Shown here in pieces: positions 38,819 to 51,572 of a stretch of 64,000 nucleotides of DNA. Origin of the DNA: the human T2T-CHM13v2.0 reference genome, Homo sapiens; assembly GCA_009914755.4 (NCBI GenBank), contig CP068257.2, positions 43,136,001 to 43,200,000 of the forward strand. The letters are read 5' to 3'. The number at the start of each line of letters is the position of its first letter. The stretch's first letter is position 1. The notes under the pieces are model-generated. The model was not told the origin of the DNA. It was given only the letters and a program-made list of their open reading frames with translations, and did not search any database. The position numbers were made by a program, and so were the translations under genes.

Positions 38819-41079
38819 TTCTTATGAAACCAGTAAAAACACATATCCAAAAGTCATGCAGCTATACAGCACTAGTAAAAGAAACCAAAAACAGAAGAAA
38901 ACATTTGTGACTCAGAGGAACCCTATGGGACATTCAAGTGGTGATTTCGGGAATCCAACTGAGGACGGCCACTCCCCACAGCAGGCGGCCAGGCTCCTTC
39001 TCGCTGCCCTGACATCAGCAAATGTGAGGGAAGCCACCTCCGAGTACTTTCTGGTTTCAAACTGTCCTATCTGAGCGGCAGTAGGTGGTACTATTTTATT
39101 TTTTAATTCATGCCATACTTGAAGCTACTCAACAATGGCACAATCGGGGTGTCTTGTTGCCTGAAAATGCATTTTGAGTTGAGGCAAAAAGCTGATGTCA
39201 AGAGACTGGGAGCCAACTTCGGGGCAGCTCAGTCTGAGCCGAAAAGTGGGGCACCCCTCTGCCGGCCTGCACTGCTGGGATAAAGTCGTTTGTGAGTGAA
39301 GCAATGAGGCAGGGCCCTCCGGCTCACTCTGAAAGTCAAGTCTGGGGCGTCCTGGTACCCTTTCACCCCATGCTGAGCTGCTGCCCTCAGGAAGCACTGT
39401 ACATCACACGCCTGTTCTCTCCACTTCTCCTTTCCTTCCCTGGCTGGGAGAGGGACAACTGTCCCAGCGATGCCTAAATACAGGGAGTGGGATGTAGAAG
39501 GCTCGCCTGAGGGTGAACCCAGGGACTGCATCCATGCTTGCTTCCCTGGGGTATGCACCCTGGGGAGACCCTGGGGAGGCATGGTGCTCTGTCAAGGGAG
39601 CTAGAGTGGCCTGCAAGGGGCCTTGGCAGTGAGGGGCTCCAGCTGCGAGCCTGAAGGTGCGTGTCCTGGGGCGGCACTCACCCCCCGACTCCAGTCTTGG
39701 GCCAGACACCCCTGCCCACTCCCGGGATGCCAGTGGCTTGGCGGCAGCCTGAGTGGTGAGCTGGCACACCCCCATCTCCCCATCCCGAATGTGGCCTCCA
39801 GCACAGAGACAACTGGCCTAGGAAGGAAGAGCATGCAAACAGCTCCAGGCAGGATGGAAGTGGGGACCCCTGCATGAGCCCCCTTCACTTCCCCAAGCAT
39901 GAGGATGCACTGGCTTCTTTAGGGAAGGAAGGTATGAGTGTGTTCAAAGGCACAGATGCAGGGCCCAGACGTCCCCCACAGGGTAATGGCTGCAGCCCCG
40001 GGGGGAATGGCTGCAGCCCCGGGAGAGGCTGGGGCAGGGCAGGGCCGGCCACAGTGCCTCTGCTCCAAACAGATGGACACCAGGAATGACGATCTGTCCC
40101 AGACCCCTGGTGAATTCCTAATAAGCAAGTGAACTCGTGAGTTAAAAAGTGAAGCCCTAAAAACATGGGCCTCAGTTTGCTACAGTCAATCCTCCACCTC
40201 AGCTATCCAGGGAAGTCAGAACCATTCTCCTGCCTGACCTAAAAGCTCTTCTTTCCAGCACCACCGGGCCCCAGAGTCCACCTCTTCCCCTTCGTCAGAG
40301 CCCCAGAGGGCAGAGCTGCTCCCACATGGGCTCAGAGGGGACCCACCAGAAGCGGGGCCTGTGAGGTGGCAGCCACTCAGTCATTCTGGAATTAAACAAG
40401 TGTTTTCAACGGAACTGGAGCCTGAGATTGACCACATGGCAGAGCTAAGTGTAAATACTGCTGAGAAAATTAATATCATATGTATTTTATTACATTTACT
40501 CTTCATTAAGAGGAAGCCACCTACAAAAACATAAAGGACATTTATATTTGACCTAGTTTTAACAAGTATTTAAATATTCAAACAACCCCAGAGTGGGAGA
40601 ACTTTGACTTCACTGGAGTCAAAATGTAAAAAGCAAAGGTCACCCCAAATGCCATCTGGATAGGGCAGGTTTCCCTGGAGTCTGACCACAGCAAGCAGAG
40701 TGCAGACTTCCATAGAGGCCGCGACCATGGTTCCTGACGGTTCCATCCCACTTCCCGCCAGTGTCTGGCACTGAGCCTCCACCCTCATCTGTAAAGGGAG
40801 GGTGGTCACCTCCAGGACCAGGCCAGTATCAGAGACAGCCTCTTTACAGAGCCTTCAGCTCTAGTCATCTTCCACTGGGATGTAACATAGAGGCCGACAG
40901 TGCACACCAAGGGCTTCGGAAAGGTTCTCTTTTTATGAACACTGGAGAATGCGACTACAGACCCTCCCGAGAAGGAATGGCCAGTGCACCTGAATGCAGG
41001 GTGCATACCCCAGGACTGAGACTGGAGGGAGGCACACCCCAGCATGGCAATGGGGGAGACTAAAGCCCACCCAAGGCTG

Positions 41080-41680
41080 GATAAGGAGGGGTGGGCGCGC
41101 ATGGTGGGGGAGGCGCAATGCAGAGAAGTGGGCGCACACCGTGGGGCGTGATAGGGAGGGGTGGGCACACACTATAGGGGGCGTGATGGGGAGGGGTGGG
41201 CGCACATCGTGGAGGGGGTGATGGGGAGGGGTGGACGCACACTGGGGGTGTGATGGAAAGGGGGACGCGATGGATAGGGGTGGGCGCACACTGGGGGACG
41301 CGACGGGGAGGGGTGAGCACACACTGGGGGTGTGATGGAGAGGGCGACGCAATAGGGAGGGGTGGGCGCACACCAGGGACGCGATGATGGGGACGGGTGG
41401 GCGCACACCAGGTGGCATGATGGGGAGGAGTGGGTACACACCATGGGGGGCGTGATGGGGAGGCGTGGGCGTACACCGGGGGGCGCGATGGGGAGGGGTG
41501 GGCGCACACCGGGGGACGCGATGGAGGCGGTGGGTGCACACGGGGCGCGATGGGTGGGAGTAGGTGCACACTGAGGGCACGATTGGGGAGACACGAAGGA
41601 GAGGGGTGGGCGCACACTGGGGGACGCGATGGCCGGGACGCGATGCGGAGAAGTGGGTGAATACCGGGGTCGCGATGGGC
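41080..41680. repeat. GC-rich minisatellite with a unit of about 32-35 bp and about 18 copies. The consensus is gatggggaggggtgggcgcacac(c/t)gggggacgc. It lies in SUMO3 intron 1, next to the promoter CpG island.
   Basis: The period is visible by eye. Each unit has two or three CpGs, with GGGG runs on the plus strand. It generates the spurious proline-rich minus-strand ORFs 40933..41781, 41060..41617 and 41172..41708. Confidence 0.9.
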
Positions 41681-42397
41681 GCCCTGGAAGGACGGCAGTG
41701 CTGCTCACAGGGGCCAGGCCCCTCAGAGCGCGCCCCTTGGGGGTAACCCCAGACGCTTGTTCCCGAGCCGACTCCGTTCACTCGACACAGGATCCCGCAC
41801 CCAGGGCGATGCCGGGGGAGAGGGCGACCCCAACCAGCAATGACTCAGGAGAGGAGCACGCAAAGACGCTTCGGGGACACTGCTGGGGCGGGATCCGAGG
41901 GCGCCGCGCTCTGCAGGAGCAGCAGCGCGGGGCCCGACACCGGGCGCTCAAGGAGGCGCTGGGCGCGCGCCTTCCCAGCTGGGGAGGAGACGGGCGTGGA
42001 GCGGAGGCGTGGCCAGGCCCGGAGGGGGCGGAGCTCGCGGCACAGCGCGCTTCGCGGGGGCAGAGGGGGCGCACCTTGGGCGGGCCCACTTAGGGGCGGG
42101 GCTCTAGAGGGCGGGGAGGGGCGGAGCCTGTCAGGGGCGGGACGCGGGGCGGAGTCAGGGTGGGGGCGGAGCCGGGCTGGGGGCGGGGCGCGCCGCCGAG
42201 CGCAGCCGGGCGGGGGAGGGGAGCGGCGCGGCCGGACGGGAGCGGGGGAGGGGCGGGGGCGCGGGCGGCGCCGCAGGCCTGGGCGCGGGTCCCCGTGGGC
42301 GCCGCCGTCTCCAAGGGCCGCAGGAGCGGCGCGCGGCGGCGGAGGCGCCCGGGACGCCCGCGATAGACGCGCGTGCAGGCGGGGTCGCCGCGCTTAC

Positions 42398-42418
42398 CTT
42401 GGGCTTCTCCTCGGACAT
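42398..42418 (-). CDS. SUMO3: SUMO3 coding exon 1 (ATGTCCGAGGAGAAGCCCAAG, encoding MSEEKPK). The 5'UTR extends about 80-150 nt upstream to roughly 42500-42560.
   Basis: The revcomp of 42392-42418 is ATGTCCGAGGAGAAGCCCAAG|GTAAGC. The ORF-track entry 42155..42550(-) contains AAMSEEKPK. The exon lies within the CpG island. Confidence 0.92.
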
Positions 42419-42569
42419 GGCTGCGCGAGCGGCGCGGGGAGGCGGCGCGGGGGAAGCAGCGCGGAGCGGGCGAGTCACGCTCTCGGCCCCGCCGCTCTCC
42501 CGCCGCAACTGTGCGCGGGGCCGCGCTTTATCCCCCAAATCCCGGCGCACCCGTTGGCCGGCACGGGGG

Positions 42570-42575
42570 TCACGT
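42570..42575. promoter_or_regulatory. Palindromic E-box CACGTG (USF/MYC-MAX type) about 150 bp upstream of the SUMO3 ATG.
   Basis: The sequence is gtcACGTGgc at 42568-42577. This is a motif match only. Confidence 0.3.
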
Positions 42576-43517
42576 GGCTGCGCGCGTTCACGAGGCGCGC
42601 TCCCCGGGGCGTCGGGCGCGCGCAGGCCGGGCCGCGGCTCTGGGCGGTTGGAGATGCGTCACGGGGCGGGTCCCGCGCGACCCCGGCGGGCGCGGAAGCC
42701 CTAGGGCGCTGTGGGGCGCGGGCCAGGAGCGTTTACGGGGAGCCCGGGCCCTGGGGACCCTTGCCCGCCTCCCCGCGTCGCCCGGGCCCCGACTCCTTTC
42801 CTGGGGGCCGCGTTCCTGGGGCGCCGGGAAGTGAGGCCGGGGCCGCCGCCCATGGCCGCAGGGACCTGGGGCGGAGGAGGGAGGACGCTGGGGTTGACGT
42901 TCCCTCTCAGGAGCCGCGGACAGAGCGGAGAAGGCGGCCCGCGGGGTCCCGTCCGCGGGGGCCGCGCGAATCGGGCCAGCACCCTAGACGATTAGGGGCG
43001 CCACCCGCCTCCCTGCCGCCGCGGTTTCCTGTCAGCCCCAGGCCGGGCTCCTTTGGCCAACGCTCCTACGGGGCTGCCCCGGGCCCTCCACACCCGTCCT
43101 CAAGAAGACCCGTTTTACCTGTGAAGAAACTGAGGCACTGGGAGGTCAAACCACCCCCAGGTCAGCGCTGGTGAGCGGCGCCGAGCTTGGCCAGGCCGCC
43201 ACGTCGGCGAGCGCGGGCAAACCCAGGCTGGACGCCGCCAGTGCCGGCGGAACGGGGACCTCGTGGACGCGGGAAACGCGCTGGGCCGGCAGGACGGCCT
43301 CCCCGGACTTGCGGGCGCCATTCCTGGGGTGCCTGGCCCGCCCCGGCCTCCATGTCTGTGATCCCAGGGCCTCGGATGGAACGGACCTGAGGGCGGACAC
43401 CCCTGCGTCCCTCAGGAGTGCCCGGGTGGTGCCAGCCGGGGCGTGGCGGAGGTCTCATCTGATGGTGAGCCCGGCCGAAGGCGGGGGAGGCCGCACTTCA
43501 GGCTCAGCTGGGAAATG

Positions 43518-43600
43518 GCAGGGCCTGGATTTGAACCTAAGCGTCTGAGCCGTTTCTGTCCTGCCTGGGAAAGGCTCAGCCAACTGAGCAACGTCGCAAA
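43518..43600 (+). mobile_element. MIR-like SINE core fragment.
   Basis: The sequence ggcctggatttgaacctaagcgtctgagccgtttctgtcctgcctgggaaagg resembles the MIR core GGCCTGGATTTGAACCCAGGTCTGTCTGACTCC. Confidence 0.35.
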
Positions 43601-44680
43601 GCCATGGAGACAAGTCTTCATGGACCATAACTTCACAAACCGTCTTCTACTCAAAAATTCATTTTCTTGGCTAGAGCCCCCACTTAGGAGGGGGAAGGCT
43701 GCTGAAGTCTTTCGGGGAGAGGGTCTGAGAGTCAGCCCCAGTCCCAGGCAGGTCATAAGGTGTGGTCCCTTCCTTCTGGAACCTGGAGCCCAGGGCCTCA
43801 GCAGAGGATGTGGAGGTGGGTGGCCAGCTCAGACGGTCCCGGGAGGGGGCTCCGCAACCAGCCCCTTCCGAGGGGACGTGGCGCCTCAGAGCCCACAGAT
43901 TGCTGGCCCTGGAAGTGCCCTAGGGCAGGCAGGGTTCAGAGAGTTATCGACTCCAAGACACCGTTAATCATAAAACAACACGACCGTAGGTAGCACAGAC
44001 ACACTAAACTCCGGCAGGCTGTGGATGACGGCAGCCCGCTTCAGTGTTGTGGAAGTGAGAAACACGCAGCTTAGAAATCATGAGACACAGAACCCAAATG
44101 TGTTACCGCTCGAAATTACGCCAGTTGCTGTGTCACGAAGTGATGCGTGACTACAGTCATGGATAAGGGAAAAAGAGGCTCAGATGACATTAGGTTTTAA
44201 AAAGCCAGGCTATAAGACAATGGTGGTCTGAATTCAATTCATGCTGTGTCTGTCTCCCACACTGTGACCTGCCCCGAATCCTTCATGTGACAGCAAAGAT
44301 GCAAAAAGGCTCTGTCGCAGCTGTGGGGACACAAAGGACACCGCTGGTGGACCGAACGCCAAGAGGTTTCTGAAGGACACAGCCAAAGGGGATCGAATGG
44401 ACGGAGGAACCAGAGCTCAGGAAAAACCGTGGCCTACCACGAGCACAGGGTAAAGAACCCAAATGGCCAGAGCCCCTCCGGAGGGTCGCCACACCTGGCG
44501 ATGGTCCCAACAAGAAGACTCATGAGAAGGCAGGGAACTGGCAAATGAGTAACAGCATTGCTGACATGAAAGCTCGACCCACATGTGACTAGGAGAGGGG
44601 TCCTGGCTGAGGACGCAAAGAACTGCGAGACAAAGTCACAGGACTCTCCCATGATGGAGAAGTTAAGAGAGGAAAGGTCA

Positions 44681-45077
<397 letters not shown>

Positions 45078-45080
45078 TCA

Positions 45081-45411
<331 letters not shown>

Positions 45412-45782
45412 AAATTTCTCTGAACTAAAGAAATATTTGACTCCATAAATGGAAAGGGCCCCTGAGTATCCAATGGCTGAGTGAGAAGACTGACACAGAT
45501 GCTTGGCATGTGAGGAGAAATCCCTGAGGCGTTCAGAGACGTTTCTACTTACAGTTAGGGAGGACTGGTTGCCTCAGACAAACCCAACAAAAATAGCCCA
45601 AAAATCAGTATAAAATATTCTTTAAATCTGTTTAAGGCTATCAGCTACCAAAAGAAGTCTTTCTGTGAGGGGCAAAGACCTTCCCCCACCTCAAAAAGAA
45701 AAGGGAAGAGTTTTTTTCCTTTGAGGCACTTGGTGATTAGTATCCTGTGTTAGCCTAGACTTCCATAAAAACATACAGACCG

Positions 45783-46088
<306 letters not shown>

Positions 46089-46879
46089 CAGACTGGGCAG
46101 CTTAAACCATTGATAGTTATTTCCCAGCCTCCAGACAGTTCTAGAGACTGGAAGCCCAAAATCAGTGAGCCATCAGGGTTGGTGTCCGGTCAAGCCTCTC
46201 CTCCCAACTTGTATGCAGCCAACTTGGCGTGTTCTCACAATGGCCTTTCTGCTGTGTCTGCAGAGAGGGAGAGATCTCTGGTGTATCTTCCTCCTTTTGC
46301 AAAGACACCAGTCCTCTGGGATTAGGGCCCCACCCTTATCACCTCAGTTAACCTTAATCACCTCTTTAAAGGTTCTGTCTCCAAATGAAATCACATTGGA
46401 GGTCAGGGCTTCAACATGTGAATGCTGGGGGGACACAATTCAGTCTCACATATGCAGTGGAAAGAAGTTGACACACTGAGCAGAGCTTTTGCATCTCCTA
46501 GGGTTGGGGAGACAATAATTGGTGACAGCCCACAAGATAGGGAGACTCTGATGAGTGACCCAGACCTTCAGCTGAGAGCACTGAGGGCTGCAATAGGGGA
46601 GGAAGGCTGAGGGGTGAGTAGATCGTCCCTCTCAAAGTCTGAAACCAAGCTTCCAAAGGGCTGACTCCCAGACTAAGTTGATCTGCTCTCTTTCCCACAG
46701 CCAGCCCAAAGCAAAAGGAAATATGCAGAGGTAAATAGCATCATCCAGGGCCTCAAATTAACTAAAATATTTCCATATACAATATCCAGATTTAAAGTTT
46801 ACAAAGAAAACCAGGAGACAAATGATCCAAAACCAAAAAATATATATATAAATAAAGTAGGAATAATTCCATGGGATTA

Positions 46880-47760
46880 TCATGTCAACAGGATATTGAC
46901 ATTATCATACACTTTAAGGTAATGTGATTAATATGTTCAAGAAAATAGATTATGAGATGGAAATGTTCAGCAGAGAAGTGGGGTATATAAAAAACAATTT
47001 AATGGAAATTAAAAAAACAATAGCTGAAGTTATAAATTCAATGGATGGGTTTGAAACAGATTAGACACAGTGAAAGAGATGATTAATGAACTGAAAGATA
47101 GGTCAGAAGAAAATATTCAGGCTGGGTGCAGTGTAATCCCAGCACTTTGGGAGGCGGAGGTGGGTGGATCACCGGAGGTCAGGAGTTTAAGACCAGCCTG
47201 GCCAATATGGCAAAACCCCATCTCTACTAAAAATACAAAAAATTAGCCAGGCATGGTGGTGGGCACCTGTAATTTCTTGAACCCAGGAGATGGAAGTTGC
47301 AGTGAGCTGAGATCACGCCATTGCACACTAGCCTGGGCAACAGAGCAAGACTCTGTCTCAAAAAAAAATTGATCAAAGGTAACAAAACACAGATTACAAA
47401 TGTACTATCAACATCAATCAGAATAGATTAAAAAAACACGTGGTTACATTCTAAACCTGCTGAAAACTAAAGACAAAGAGAATAGAAGCTAGACATATAA
47501 AGGAGAAACTAAAGGACTTACACCTGACTTTGTGACAAAACCATGGAAGCCAGGTGACAATGGAATTAACATCTTCAACGTGGTGAAAGAAAACAGCTAT
47601 CTACATAGAATTTTATACCAAATGAAAACATCATATAAAGGCAGAAGTGAAATGAAGATATTTCAGAAAAAGCAAATCATAGAGATATGTGAAAGGCAAA
47701 TAAAAACTTGGGACCCCAATTCACTCTGCCAAAAGGAAAAAATTAAGCTGAAAGCTGAGT
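46880..47760 (+). mobile_element. Old L1 ORF1-region fragment, with an internally deleted Alu inserted at 47129-47369.
   Basis: It reads as an L1 ORF1-like coiled-coil/RRM sequence (..gaaattaaaaaaacaatagctgaagttataaattcaatggatgggtttgaaacagattagacacagtgaaagagatgattaatgaactgaaagatagg.. ; ..ttcaacgtggtgaaagaaaacagctatctacatagaattttataccaaatgaaaacatcatataaaggcagaagtgaaatgaag). The Alu body is ggctgggtgcagtgtaatcccagcactttgggaggcggaggtgggtggatcacc. Confidence 0.6.
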
Positions 47761-48441
47761 CATGCAAGAAGCTGCCTTTCTTTTAGTTCCTAAGCAGATA
47801 GCTAGAGATAAAAGGTTAAACATCACCACAAGTAGCTGCTCTAAGTTCACCTTATCTTATGGAAAGTGCCAATTTGCTGGGCATAAGATGAATACACAAT
47901 TGACTCCTCCCCACCGGCTCCTTTTCTCTTGCACCATGTACATTCAGTCATGTGACCACACCCTTCCTCTTTCCCCTCTAGCCCACTTTTCCTCTTTAAA
48001 TACTGAAGCCCTCAGAGTCATCTTTGGAGAAAGGCACAGACCACAGGCTGTTTCTGTGATTCCATGCTTTTTTCTCCCAGGAGTTGTTCTTAACCTTGGC
48101 AAAGTAAACTTCTAAATTGATTGAGACCTGTCTCAGATACTTTTTGGTTTGCAGAATTAACTGCCAGAAAGCATACACTAAAATAAATACTAAAAGGATT
48201 TCTTCAGCAGAGGGAAAGTGGCCCTGGACGGAAGTATGAAGTACAGGAAGGAATGAAGAACAATAAAAAGCCTGCATATCTGGGTAAATCTAAATAGACA
48301 ATGACTGCATAGAACAACAATAATAATGTCTTCTGGAGTTCTAAATAGATGTGGAATTAGAAGAAGTGATAATGACAGCACGAGGCAGGAGGAATTAACG
48401 TGTTCTAGGGTTGTTGCAGTATCTAAAAAGTGGTAAAGGGG

Positions 48442-50675
48442 GTTCTAGCAGGTGAGGGATGTCTGAGCTGAAGCCTGAGGATAAAGAAGAGCCTGCCGCT
48501 CTCCCTCTCCCTCTCCCCACGGTCTCCCTCTCCCCACGGTCTCCCTCTCCCCCTCTTTCCACGGTCTCCCTCTGATGCCGAGCCGAAGCTGGACTGTACT
48601 GCTGCCATCTCGGCTCACTGCAACCTCCCTGCCTGATTCTCCTGCCTCAGTCTGCCGAGTGCCTGCGATTGCAGGCCCGCGCCGCCACGCCTGACTGGTT
48701 TTCGTATTTTTTTGGTGGAGACGGGGTTTCGCTGTGTTGGCGGGGCTGGCCTCCAGCTCCTAACCGCAAGTGATCCGCCAGCCTCGGCCTCCGGAGGTGC
48801 CGGGATTGCAGACGGTGTCTGGTTCACTCAGTGCTCAATGGTGCCCAGGCTGGAGTGCAGTGGCGTGATCTCGGCTTGCTACAACCTCCACCTCCCAGCC
48901 GCCTGCCTTGGCCTCCCAAAGTGCCGAGAGTGCAGCCTCTGCCCGGCCGCCACCCCGTCTGGGAAGTGAGGAGCGTCTCTGCCTGGCCGCCTATCGTCTG
49001 GGACGTGAGGAGCCCCTCTGCCTGGCTGCCCAGTCTGGAAAGTGAGGAGTGTCTCTGTCCGGCCGCCATCCCATCTAGGAAGTGAGGAGCGCCTCTTCCC
49101 GGCCGCCATCCCATCTAGGAAGTGAGGAGCGTCTCTGCCCGGCCGCCCATATTCTGAGATGTGGGGAGCGCCTTTGCCCCGCCGCCCTGTCTGGGATGTG
49201 AGGAGCGCCTCTGCCCGGCCGCGACCCCGTCTGGGAGGTGAGGAGCGTCTCTGCCCAGCCGCCCTGTCTGAGAAGGGAGGAGACCCTCCGCCTGGCAACC
49301 GCCCCGTCTGAGAAGTGAGGAGCCCCTCCGCCCGGCAGCCGCCCCGTCTGGGAAGTGAGGAGCATCTCCGCCAGGCAGCCACCCCGTCCGGGAGGGAGGT
49401 GGGGGTCAGCCCCCGCCAGGCCAGCCGCCCGGTCCGGGAGGTGAGGGGCGCCTCTGCCCAGCCGCCCCTACTGGGAAGTGAAGAGCCCCTCTACCCGGCC
49501 AGCCGCTCCGTCCGGGAGGGAGGTGGGGGGGTCAGCCCCCCGCCCGGCCAGCCACCTCGTCCGGGAGGTGAGGGGCGCCTCTGCCTGGCCGCCCCTACTG
49601 GGAAGTGAGGAGCCCCTCTGCCCGGCCAGCCGCCCCGTCCGGGAGGGAGGTGGGGGGTTCAGCCACCCGCCCGGCCAGCCGCCCCGTCTGGGAGGTGAGG
49701 GGCGCCTCTGCCCGGCCAGCCACCCCGTCTGGGAGGGAGGTGGGGGGGTCAGCCCCCCGCCCGGCCAGCCGCCCCATCCGGGAGGGAGGTGGGGGGGTCA
49801 GCCCCCCGCCCGGCCAGCCGCCCCGTCCGGGAGGGAGGTGGGGGGGTCAGCCCCCCGCCCGGCCAGCCGCCTCGTCTGGGAGGGATGTCGGGGGGTCAGC
49901 CCCCCGCCCAGCCAGCCACCTCGTCCGGGAGGTGAGGGGCGCCTCTGCCTGGCCGCCCCTACTGGGAAGTGAGGAGCCCCTCTGCCCGGCCAGCCGCCCC
50001 GTCCGGGAGGGAGGTGGGGGGGTCAGCCCCCCGCCCGGCCAGCCGCCTCGTCCGGGAGGTGAGGGGCGCCTCTGCCTGGCCGCCCCTACTGGGAAATGAG
50101 GAGCTCCTCTGCCCGGCCACCACCCCGTCTGGGAGGTGTACCCAACAGCTCATTGAGAACGGGCCATGATGACAATGGCGGTTTTGTGGAATAGAAAGGG
50201 GGGAAAGGTGGGGAAAAGATTGAGAAATCAGATGGTTGCCGTGTCTGTGTGGAAAGAAGTAGACATGGGAGACTTTTCATTTTGTTCTGTACTAAGAAAA
50301 ATTCTTCTGCCTTGGGATCCTGTTGATCTGTGACCTTACCCCCAACCCTGTGCTCTCTGAAACATGTGCTGTGTCCACTCAGGGTTAAATGGATTAAGGG
50401 CGGTGCAAGATGTGCTTTGTTAAACAGATGCTTGAAGGCAGCATGCTCGTTAAGAGTCATCACCACTCCCTAATCTCAAGTACCTAGGGACACAAACACT
50501 GCGGAAGGCTGCAGGGTCCTCTGCCTAGGAAAACCAGAGACCTTTGTTCACTTGTTTATCTGCTGACCTTCCCTCCACTATTGTCCTATGACCCTGCCAA
50601 ATCCCCGTCTGTGAGAAACACTCAAGAATGATCAATAAAAATAAATAATTAATTAATTAATTAATTAATTAATTA
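48442..50675 (+). mobile_element. Full-length SVA retrotransposon (hominid-specific composite). Its parts are a 56-bp 5' extension at 48442-48497, the (CCCTCT)n hexamer array at 48498-48565, the Alu-like region at 48566-48940, the GC-rich VNTR at 48941-50130, the SINE-R (HERV-K derived) at 50131-50636, and a poly(A)-derived (TTAA)n tail at 50637-50675. It is flanked by a 17-bp target-site duplication AAAAAGTGGTAAAGGGG.
   Basis: The hexamer array and the Alu-like segment (tgatgccgagccgaagctggactgtactgctgccatctcggctcactgcaacctccctgcctgattctcctgcctcag) match SVA. The VNTR units (gccgccccgtctgggaagtgaggagcgcctctgcccggcc, about 35-50 bp) and the SINE-R (gggatcctgttgatctgtgaccttacccccaaccctgtgctctctgaaacatgtgctgtgtccactcagggttaaatggattaagggcggtgcaagatgtgc...) are also SVA parts. 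Identical 17-mers occur at 48425-48441 and 50676-50692. Confidence 0.9.
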
Positions 50676-50854
50676 AAAAAAGTGGTAAAGGGGAGGACAG
50701 ACAAGTTTAAGTTATTTTCAGAAATGCAAATATTCACTGGGTTTTCCATCCACGGATCCTCACTGAAAGAATCATCATGGATTCACTGCAGCAAAATGCA
50801 GATGGAACTCATGACAGGGACATTCAAGCAGGATCAGTGTGTGCTGTTGAGTGG

Positions 50855-50935
50855 ACCGTGCACTGCACAACTCCAGGAACATTTGGAACCCAACTCCAGG
50901 AACATCTGGAACCCAACTCCAGGAACATCACTGGT
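50855..50935. repeat. Short tandem repeat, a 21-bp unit (ggaacccaactccaggaacat) in about 3 copies.
   Basis: The sequence is caactccaggaacatttggaacccaactccaggaacatctggaacccaactccaggaacatcactgg. Confidence 0.8.
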
Positions 50936-51344
50936 TTTAAACTACAGTGTGATCGATGAGTTCTTTGAGAGTTCTGTATTGTTTCCTGGCTGGAAAAGAA
51001 AAGTGAGCAAAGAAACCAGCAAAAGTCATTTTTAATACTAAATACTTTGTGCTGCATACTGTAAAAAAAAAAAAAATACGGTATCTGGGATTAAAATCCC
51101 AGCAGATTGTAACACAGCAGATGTAAGGTATAGATGGAGGAGAAGGAGACAGGAAGAAGGGAAGTACAAGCATACTACAGTTCTTGTCTGGTTCAAGGTG
51201 AAAACATAGATAAAGATATTAATATTTGTTGATAGAATAATGGGAGTTTAAACACATATAAAAATGCTCAAGTTATGTATGCACTTTCCTGTATGTATGT
51301 TTCATTTCAATGAAAAAGTGGTTTATAAAGAAAAAAATTTACCC

Positions 51345-51572
51345 ACCTGGCCAACATGGTAAAACCTTGTCTCTACTAAAAATACAAAAATTAGCCAGGC
51401 ATGGTGGCAGGCATCTGTAATCCCAGCTACTCAGGAGGCTGAGGCAGGAGAATCTCTTGAACCCAGGAGGTGGAGGTTTCAGTGAGCCTAGATTGTGCTA
51501 CTGCACTCCAGCCTGGGCAACAAGAGCAAGACTTTGTCTCAACAAAAAAAAAAAAAAAAAGAAAAAGAAATT
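51345..51572 (+). mobile_element. 5'-truncated Alu (plus) with an A-rich tail.
   Basis: The sequence is ctggccaacatggtaaaaccttgtctctactaaaaatacaaaaattagccaggcatggtggcaggcatctgtaatcccagctactcaggaggctgaggcaggagaatctcttgaacccaggaggtggaggtttcagtgagcc... Confidence 0.9.

Larger units (their letters stand above)
41760..43460. promoter_or_regulatory. SUMO3: SUMO3 promoter CpG island (about 1.7 kb). It covers exon 1, proximal intron 1 and about 1 kb of upstream sequence.
   Basis: GC content exceeds 70 percent, with dense CpG and Sp1-like GGGCGG boxes (for example 42090-42180). An ATAAAG element (revcomp of 42524-42530) lies about 110 bp upstream of the ATG. An E-box is at 42570-42575. Confidence 0.8.

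Noticed and set aside
40933-41781. Minus-strand ORFs of 178-282 aa that are proline-rich (..PTPPHRAPRCAPTPP..)
   Set aside because: They are translations of the 34-bp intron-1 minisatellite. The same periodic peptide appears in three overlapping frames, and the ORFs lie inside a SUMO3 intron.
41840-43174. Plus-strand ORF of 444 aa, which would be antisense to SUMO3 exon 1 and its promoter
   Set aside because: The composition is extremely biased toward Arg, Gly, Ala and Pro (GGRGGAPWAGPLRGGALEGGEG...), which is typical of GC-rich CpG islands where stop codons are rare. The ORF has no recognisable domain, no splice structure and no Kozak context. It overlaps the known SUMO3 first exon on the opposite strand.
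48879-50169. Multiple ORFs of 96-167 aa (..PSGREVGGSAPRPAS..)
   Set aside because: They lie inside the SVA VNTR region. The translation is repeat-unit periodic and non-coding.
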